Positions 42,276 to 64,000 of a stretch of DNA of 64,000 nucleotides are shown here, one piece after another. Source of the DNA: the human T2T-CHM13v2.0 reference genome, Homo sapiens. A program made the translations under genes and the position numbers. Numbering within the stretch: position 1 is the first letter of the stretch; every line of letters starts with the position of its first letter. The notes beneath the pieces were generated by a model that made no database searches, was not told the origin of the DNA, and saw only the letters and a program-made list of their open reading frames with translations. Where the stretch lies: NCBI RefSeq assembly GCF_009914755.1, contig NC_060925.1; one strand, written 5' to 3'.

Positions 42276-43140
42276 CTTGGGTGTCGTCAAGGAAGAGCTA
42301 AAACCCAATGTGGTTGAAGGACAGCCAACAGAAGGGAAATCATGGGTGACAAATTAGACTATAAAGGCCTTTAATATCAGCCCAAGGGATCTGGCCTTAG
42401 CTTGGTGGAAAGGGGCACCACTCAAGGCTTTTAAGCAGAGGAATAACAGGATCAGAGTTGGGTTCCAAGAAGGGCAGGTAGGCTGGATTCAAGCAAAGAC
42501 ACACTGCAGAGAGGCCAGGTAAGAGGCTGTTGTCAAAATCCTACTCACACGTGATAAAGGGCCTGCCTGACCCACATAGCAGCCATCAGAATAGAATGAA
42601 GGTGACAGAGGTGGAGGAACTACAGAGAGGACTAAGTGACATTGTAGTAAGTCTTCAGCCTTGTTCCCTCAGATTTCTCCATGCAGAGATTATCTCAGAC
42701 AGAACAGCTGTGACAACACAGATGTCCAAAACACTTCTTTACACTCACCATGACAAGTGTCCAGGAGGAACAACAGGTGTGCAGCACCCAGTGTCAGGGC
42801 CCACAGGCTCCTGCCACTCTTCCTAATGATGGCTTACTCCCCTGGCATGTAGTTATTTTGTTCTGGTTTCACTGTCATGAGGAAAGATCCCCTGTCGCAG
42901 AGTGGCAAATGCACAGTTAAGTCTTCTGAGGCCACAGCTCAATTCGAACACAACTGTGCTTTGGGCTCCTCTTAGTCCAGGGGTTGCAAGGACACTGTAG
43001 CTCTGTAGCCACTCACTTATCTGCCTGCTTCTCCGCAAGGGCCAGCTGTATACTTTCCCTGAACTGATAACCCTGGCTCAGTATTTTCTACTAACCAGCC
43101 TGGATAGCTTTCCTACTTCAAGCCCCGAACTCCCCTTCTA

Positions 43141-43490
43141 TTATAGACTGATTTTTGCCCCCAACTTCCAATTCATACATTGAAGCCCTAATCCCCAATG
43201 TGACTATACTTGGAGACAGGAACTTTAAAGAAGTAACAAAGGTTAAATGAGGTCATAAGGGTGGGACCCTAATTCAACAGGACTGATGCCCTTAAGAAAA
43301 GAGGAAGAGACATCAGAGAGGCACTTGCACAGAGAATAAAGCCATGTGAGGACACAGGGAGAAGACAGGAGAGGGGCCTCCGAGGACCCAAACCTGTTGA
43401 CACCTTGGACTTCCAGCCTCTAGAATCATGAGAAAATAAATGTTATTTAAGCCACACCTTCCGTGGTCTTCTATTACAGCAGCTCTAGCA
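43141..43490 (+). mobile_element. MaLR solo LTR (MLT1A/MST-like)
   Basis: TTGAAGCCCTAATCCCCAATGTGACT...GGTTAAATGAGGTCATAAGGGTGGGACCCTAAT...CTTCCAGCCTCTAGAATCATGAGAAAATAAA. Confidence 0.8.
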
Positions 43491-43831
43491 CCTTCTGAGG
43501 AATGCTGCCCACCCAGGCTGTGTGTTTGAAAGGGAATGTGTCAAAGGAAACTAATTCATGCTTTGATGACTGGCAGAAATGTGATGCCATTAAAAGATGG
43601 TGTAGTCATGAGGAATGAGATGGCAATGTCAGTTTGAGGTAGGTTTCAATTAGAGGACTTGACGGAACATCACCTAGAGCTTAGGAGATGCTGGACTAGA
43701 GTCGAGGTTTGGGACCATCTGCACAGCAGCACTACATGAAGCCCATCAATGAGATTACAAAAAGAGGGGAGCCAAGGATAAAGCCTTTGCAATACCTGTA
43801 TCTAAGTGATAGGAAAATGAAACAAAAAGGA

Positions 43832-46207
<2,376 letters not shown>

Positions 46208-47697
46208 CTAACAAGCCCATAAGAGTAGGATGTGAGGATTTCTAGATTTACAAGGGGCACAGAGCTGGAATGTCAGACTGTGGGGCCAACATGAATTGGC
46301 AGATAAGAGGAGCTAGGAGTTTGGGATTGGGAAGATGAAATGTTTCAGGGACTAGCTTAGCAGCATGAGTTGGGAAGAAAGAAGAAGGGACTGTGGAAGC
46401 AGTTTCAAAAGTTAGTGGGTTGACACAGGAAAAGTTATCTGAAAAGATCTTTAGAGCAGAATAGTTCCCCATGATGCAATTCTAAAGGAGCCAGATGTGT
46501 ATACAAAAGGGAATCTGTATTTTTGTTTCCATCTTCCCCCAGGATCGATTCTGAGTAAGGTAGAGTAGAAAGAGCAAGGGTTTTAGAGCCAAACCTAGTT
46601 TTTAATCCTGGCTTCACCGCTTGTTAACTGTAAGAACATGGGTGAGTTCCTTAATTTTGAGCTGAAGATAGAATACCCCTAGAATAGGAAGCACATGTGG
46701 ATGCCGTGAAGATGGCTCACAGTAGAGCATGCAAGGCCTCTCAGCACAGTTTCTGGAGCATAGAAGTCCACTCCATCCAAGTTACTCTTTCCTGTCCTCT
46801 GATGAAACGCCTGATGCAATGGGAATCCCATTTTCTGTGAGAATATTTGAAATTTTTCCTGATTTTCTTTTTGCAGAAGACAGGAAGAAATTACAGACTA
46901 AGAATGGGCAGGCACCTCAATGATCAGGCAAGGGATTCTCTATCTACTCAGTCCAGATCACTTCTGCGAAGCTAATTTTAGCTGCTGAAAAGTCAGGGCT
47001 GGAGATTTTGTTCCCCATGAAAGAAAGCTCAAATAATAAACTCTGGACTCAAAAGTATCCTGTAAGTCTAAAAGCCAGGGAATTACAAAATAGAACCAAA
47101 TGCTGTGTATCAAGGAGGTAAAAGAGTCCAGGGAGCTTTAACAGAATTTCAAGACTAAGCTGGCCAGAGAGTTCCACCGCCTGGAGTGGATAAGCTCTAA
47201 CAGAAGTGAACATAGGGACCCAAGGAACAGACAGCAGTGGAGAAGATGGAGTGAGTGAAGCATTACCTTAGCTATAGATACCTGGCCCAGAGAGGGACCT
47301 TCATAGCCAAGGAGTAGCTAGTGAATAGGCTCACTCACCAGACAGCATCACTGAAATGCCAAAAGATCAGAGAGAGGGCATGGGATAAACAGCATTCTGC
47401 TTGGAGGGAGAAAGACAGAAGGGGGCTGTCACCAGCGATGGCCAGATGCAATGAAATACCATCAGGAAAGAAACAGCCCAGGTACTGTCATCTCTGCTCA
47501 TCTTCCAAGGTCTGGGACTTAGAAGTGGCAGGATTATTCCATAAATATAGTCATCTACACCTGAACCCACCATCACCTTATCTAATAGTAACTAGGAATC
47601 AATTATGCCGTCAGTATCACACCACGAAGACAACAGAGCCTCTCCCCACAAGGCACTTACATAACCAACACTCAATCCATGAAAACACTAAACACTA

Positions 47698-52889
<5,192 letters not shown>

Positions 52890-54103
52890 TGACAGACCTT
52901 CACTTGATCAATAATGAAATTGAGGCTCCAGTTGGCTAAGTAGTTTGTCTAATGGCCTGTCACTAGCAACTGAATCAAAACTCTGATGATTTGTATTCCA
53001 GTCCTATGTTCTTTCCCCTGGGGGAGAAGTAGCTGCCTAGCCAGTGGTCTATGAATATAAGACATCATTACCAGCAACTTCACACCCTATGGTGCAGAGA
53101 ACATACAAAAGTCAAAGATAAGCACAAGTTACTATCATAACACAGAAATTCAAAGACCCTGAGTAATTTGCTGCAGACTTCAGATGACTGGACAATCATG
53201 GCCTGAGGCAGTCCCTGCTACCCCCTCTTGCCTTCTAGATACAAGACTGAAAGCTGCCCTGGTGACACATTGCAGAGATTTTAGTAAATAAAGAAGAATG
53301 TGTTTCTCAGAGCCAACGCCCAAATCTTCATAGCTGGACCCAACCCAGACCAGGAGTCTTCATAGCGAGTGAACCCTTAGGTAAGTGTCATACTTAAGTC
53401 TCATGAGTCTTCTGCTTAAGAAATAAACTACTAGTGGTTCCCAAACCTACCTGCACTGATCAGAATGATTCTGGGAGAGTTTTCAAATAAAGATCTTTCA
53501 ATTCACACAAGGCCTGGAGACTTAGAAATGCCAAAGGTGAGAGCCTGGGGAATGTATGTTTTAAAATTCAGCCAGCCTGGAAATCCACTGGTTTTTCTCA
53601 TGTCTTAGTGCTGCAGTGTGATACAGAGAGGAAAGATGCCTGCTTTTATTATCTAGTGGGCAAGCTAAGTTAGGCTGCATCCTTTAAAGGCTGCTTCCAG
53701 AAGAGTCTTCTCTGCTACCCAAGGCCCCTGTATCAGTAGGAAGGTCCCGGGCATATCCGCCTGGTTACCTGTGAAGTCAGTTGTCTCACTCCCTTTGGCT
53801 GCACATCAAACCCCCACACAACCCCGGGAAGGCTTTTTCTGAGGTCGGTTTACCAATTTCTTTGTGAAGCAGACCCTAGCCTACAAAGGTGAGGGGCATC
53901 TCCAGCAGAAAGAATCTCAGAGCGTGGATCATCTCTCACCCCCAACCACCGCCAAAGGGGCCTGGCTGCCTCCCCATGGGACTCTTCTCTGCCCTAGACA
54001 GCCAGCTACTGGCTTGGAAAAAGAAAAAGGGAAAAGGAAAAGAAAGAAGGTAGTTCAGGCCCCGGTGGCCAGCACCCTCAAGGAGGACACGAGCAGTTCT
54101 TAC

Positions 54104-54180
54104 CTGGAGATGGAAGAGGAGCTGCTCTGTTCGTTCACTCAGGAATTCTGTCTCTGCAGGTGAGCATTAGGCTTGCAACT
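54104..54180 (-). other. PDZK1: PDZK1 non-coding exon 1 (5' UTR; TSS approximate)
   Basis: Strong donor CAG|GTAAGA at 54104/54103; GAGCAGCTCCTCTTCCATCTCCAG matches my recollection of the PDZK1 mRNA leader just before AAATGACC. Confidence 0.8.
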
Positions 54181-54183
54181 CAC

Positions 54184-54196
54184 TGGACTTTGAACA
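54184..54196 (-). promoter_or_regulatory. HNF4A-type DR1 site in the PDZK1 proximal promoter
   Basis: - strand TGTTCA-A-AGTCCA contains the HNF4-specific core CAAAGTCCA, next to exon 1. Confidence 0.65.
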
Positions 54197-54250
54197 AAGA
54201 TTGATTTAAAAGCTAATGTATTTAACAGGGACATGTGGTCTGAATTCAAG

Positions 54251-54263
54251 TGACCTCTGTCCT
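54251..54263 (-). promoter_or_regulatory. PPRE-like DR1 (AGGACA-G-AGGTCA)
   Basis: + strand TGACCTCTGTCCT, ~70-100 bp upstream of the inferred TSS; PDZK1 is a known PPARalpha target. Confidence 0.6.
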
Positions 54264-55380
54264 GCTTCCTGCCAGCTGGCTGGGCCCTGAGCTGGAAAAT
54301 CTGACAAACCTCAGCAAACCAAAAGCTCTGGCCCACCTGCCTGGCCCTGCGGGGAGGCCGCTGCTCGCCAGCCACTCCCAGAGAACAAGGAGGGGAGAGG
54401 GGGTGAAGGACAGCCAGGGAGGAGGTGCCTCCGCTTTCCTTGGTACTCTCCCTTTGGCAGATACCTTGGTTACACCCAACCAACCCCCAATCCTGTTAGG
54501 ATCCTCCAGTCCCCCATCCTGGGGTCAGGGCCGAGGCTCATACAGGAGTATCCTCAATCACTGAGGCCTCCCCAAGGAGCAGTAGCCTATAAAACTCCCA
54601 CCCACGAGGCCAGTAAGCCCCAGGAAATGGGGCCAAGCACTCAGGGCACCCATCCTGCTTCCCTCTGCCCTGGATTCTCACTTGTGTGCTCCCTAGGAGT
54701 TTAGCAAGCAAAGCCCTAGAGCAAGCAAAGCCCTTGTTCTTGTGTCCCAGGCTTCCTTCTTCTTATCCACTCTCTCCCCTCTCTTTTTTTCTTCTCTTTC
54801 TCACCTGATGGTGCTCTTTCTATTCTCCAGCCTAGCGATAATTGTCTTCCCCTTCACACACTCAGAGCCTCTCGGGCAAGCCCAGCAGGGTAGGTGGAAG
54901 GCATTTTTACAAACCCCTCCATCCTGCTGCCTTGCTGCCCGAGCAGTAGGCTGGTGCCCGTGTGCTCAGCCGCTAGCCCTAGCCATGATCAGCAGCTGAT
55001 CCCTATCAGCAGCACCCACACAGACAATTCTATCACTGGCCTTCTCACTGACCTGAATCCTCAGCCCACAATGCAAATCAGGGCAAGAGATTGCTCCCGG
55101 CACTGAGGCAAAGCAAACCACAGGCTGAGGACTGGGTGACCTCACCCCTCTTCCACCCACACTGGAAGAGCCATTTGTCTTTGCTGGGCCTTGGCTTGGC
55201 CCCCAACAAAGACATGACCTGAGCCCATGGATAAACGGTTTAAAATGACATTGAGCAGCTTCCTCATACCAGCTTATCTTCCTCCACCTCGGGGCTAAGC
55301 CCTCCTGGCCTCCTCTATATCTTTCAAAGCAGAAGGTAGAATGGGAAAATCTGGATTTAGGATCAGAACACCTGAGTTCA

Positions 55381-57805
<2,425 letters not shown>

Positions 57806-58200
57806 TCATCTCAATTTTTCTTTATTATAAAACAAAGACTCAGAGAGGTGAAGTGACTTAGCCAAAGCCCCCTCAGGCAGAAACATGGCTAAAAACTCTG
57901 TGCTTTTGCTTTTGTGGCCAATGCCCTTTCTACTATACCAGTCTGCCTGGCTCAGTGGGTATCCTCACATTTTTCCTCCAACTTCAGGTCTGATTGTCCT
58001 AGTATGCATGTCCTACTACCTTGTCTTTTTAGTAGCTCATTAACTTACTCTGAGCCTGGAATTTTAAGCTCCAGTGGTTTTCTCTCCCTGTCTAGAGTCA
58101 ATATTTATGACAGTCTCCCTTTCCACTCTCTCTGTTACTCTGGCCTCATCCCACCTTAAGAGGCGACTGTGTACTCTGCATACCTTTGGAGGAATTTATT

Positions 58201-58401
58201 AGGCCAGAGTCCAGATGCAAGACTGAGATAAATGTTCTATAGCAGTGTGGGTGACAGGCTGGAGACGGGGCAATGCCACTTGGCTGCAGCACACACTGTG
58301 GCCCCACATGACTGCTGACTGGAACTTTCTAGTTCTTTTCAGTAACCAAGTGTCAGGACAGGGGAGGCCTGAGGATCCTTGGAGAGCTATGAATTATTAA
58401 C
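58201..58401. promoter_or_regulatory. Candidate upstream enhancer: HNF4A motif CAGAGTCCA (58205-58213) and HNF1-like GTTAATAATTCAT (- strand, 58389-58401)
   Basis: Motifs lie in a TE-free island ~4 kb upstream of exon 1. Confidence 0.55.
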
Positions 58402-58860
58402 ACTTGCAAGCTGGCTGCCAAGGATATCCGAGTAGTAATTCACTCGTTCTTCCTTTTCCCAGATGAGGGGTCAGAATACACAATCCTTTTCCACCATAAG
58501 AAAAAGGCACAGAACAAGAACATGCCATGTTCTGGGTTCCTGCATGTACCAAGGTCTGGTCTTGGCACTCTTGGAGTGTTGGTTAAAAGGGTATTTGGTT
58601 GCCCCTTTCTGAGAGATACAGAAACAATCAGTGGTTCTTGGGCAGTTTGGATTCTGCCTTAAAAAGCCAGACCCTCAAGGGCCCCCAAAGGTCCAGAATG
58701 GGGAACAGGAGAAGAGCAAGGAAAGTGTCAGGTATATCAAGGCTACAGCCTCAGCCTGACCTCATCCCTCTGGGGACCATCCCATGCAGAGGTAAAGGGT
58801 CAGTGAGAAAGAATCAGGAACCATGAACAGCCTAGTGGCCCAAGTCTGTAGCTTGATTTA

Positions 58861-62371
<3,511 letters not shown>

Positions 62372-62804
62372 AACACTAGGTAATGATACTAGCCCACACC
62401 TGAGTACTTTTATATGCCAAGCACCATGCCAATTGTTTTACACACTTTCTCATTTACTCTAAACAGCAGTTCTGTGATATAACTGCAATTATTATCCCCA
62501 TTCCACAGTTGAGGAAAACACAGAAAGGTTGAATGACTTATCCAAGGTCACGTAGTAAGTGGAGTCAGGACGTAAATCCAGGCAGTCTGCCTCATGTGCC
62601 TGAGACTTGCCTGCCATCCATAGACATTTCCCATGTGGGGCCCTCAGCAGACTTCATTGAAAGTTAAAGGCAGGCAGGACTGACAGCAGCACAAGGAAGA
62701 ATTTTACTGGAAGTATTCCACAAGGGATATTGTGTGGATACTTTGGGTGGTAGTGAGCTGCAGAACAGTAGACAGATTCAAGCAGAGGATGCAAGAGGTA
62801 TTAC

Positions 62805-62998
62805 CCTGAACAGTTCGCAAGGAGCATTACAGCAACAATAGCACCAGGGAACTTGTTAGGAATACAACTTCTTGGACCACCCCCACCCCTGCCCTGAGTC
62901 CCTGAATTAGAAACTCTGCAGCTGGGCCCAGCCATCCGAATTGTTCAAAGATGCCCTGCTGGTGATGTTAATACACGCTCAAGTTTGGGAAACACTGG
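62805..62998. mobile_element. MER5A-like hAT fossil
   Basis: GGAACTTGTTAGGAAT...GAATTAGAAACTCTG...GGTGATGTTAATACACGCTCAAGTTTGGGAAACACTG. Confidence 0.65.
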
Positions 62999-64000
62999 CA
63001 TGCAAGTGTCTGCACACTTCCAGGGACTGGAAGACTGCTGCAGTCTCTTCTGCTTCCAAAACCCCATAATTCTACAGAAGTAAGATGGAAATACAATTCA
63101 ATGTCCACTCAGTTTTTCTTTGTCTTAATGTCGAGCACTTACTATTAGTATCTTGAAAACAATCTATCAGTTGCTAAATTGTGTAACTGGACTCATACAC
63201 CTTAGACATTGAAAGGCCCACAGGATACATATTTGGGAGGCTGTGGATGACCAGGAGGCAGCCTATATTTCAGCCACCTCATTGCTTCACTGACTTCCAA
63301 ACCAGCCCCATATGTCCCTGCTCCTTGCTGGTTCATACTGTTCCTCTACCCCTGCCTTTTGAAATCCTGCCTTCTTTCAAAGCTCAATTTAAATGTCACA
63401 TTGTCCACACAGAGTGCCTAACACTGTCTGCGCCCACAGGGCAGTCTCCTTTTCTTCCTCCCAACCTCCCCTGCTTCCTGGGTTCTCTCTCACTTCTGGG
63501 GTACTTAGAGCTCTTGGTGCATTCTGCTTCTGCTTCATCTCACGGGAATGCAGGCCTCTCTCAGCAGTGTGCTCGCCTTGACAGCAGGCCCCATTCAGTC
63601 ATCGTCAACCCCGCAGGGCCTGGCACACAATAACCTTGTGAGAAGCGACCAAAAGCAACATTTGCAGAAAACTGTGCATGCAACCGTTTGCAGGATGGAC
63701 AGACACTACATGGCTGGTGAAAAGGAAGGGCGCTGCGATCCACTTTTGAGCCCTGAGGTCTTTGCAGAACTTTGAGGTTTTTTGCAATAACCAGTATGAA
63801 TACATGTGTGTCAGCTAGTACTTAAGTGGCCCCAACCTCACTCACCCACAACTCTGGTTGCCTTTAACTTCTCTTCATGTTGCTAATAATCACTGTTTTA
63901 CAGCTCCTGGATGATAAGGAATGCTGAGTGCTCTCAGAGCCAACCTTTGAAAGGTTCTCATAGACCCAAGGAGGGAGAAGTCTCCATTTTAGAGAGCAGA

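Noticed and set aside
54212-54226. HNF1 site in the proximal promoter (GCTAATGTATTTAAC)
   Set aside because: Half-site spacing is 2 nt longer than the GTTAATnATTAAC consensus, so support is too weak.

Overview
Human-type genomic DNA matching the 1q21.1 GPR89/PDZK1 locus; no prokaryotic features. The + strand carries the last four coding exons and 3' UTR of GPR89 (Golgi pH regulator, probably GPR89A; 10119-~17400). Convergent with it on the - strand is a complete PDZK1 (NHERF3) gene: non-coding exon 1 ending at 54104, and eight coding exons from 34808 to 18226 that splice GT-AG into an intact 519-aa four-PDZ protein. One residue differs from the reference protein as I recall it (Y328D). The promoter has HNF4A and PPRE-like DR1 motifs, and a likely HNF4A/HNF1 enhancer lies ~4 kb upstream. 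The rest is mostly transposable elements: about 40 Alus, nested L1s (two with 5' inversions), LTRs and DNA transposon fossils. I see no clearly new biological system. The best leads are an 83-nt intron-1 exon that would add 20 aa in frame to PDZK1, a complex templated-insertion repair scar in an MLT2 LTR, in-frame exon skipping that builds a chimeric PDZ domain, and a G-rich acceptor with decoy AGs. Repeat subfamily calls and boundaries are by eye and approximate.
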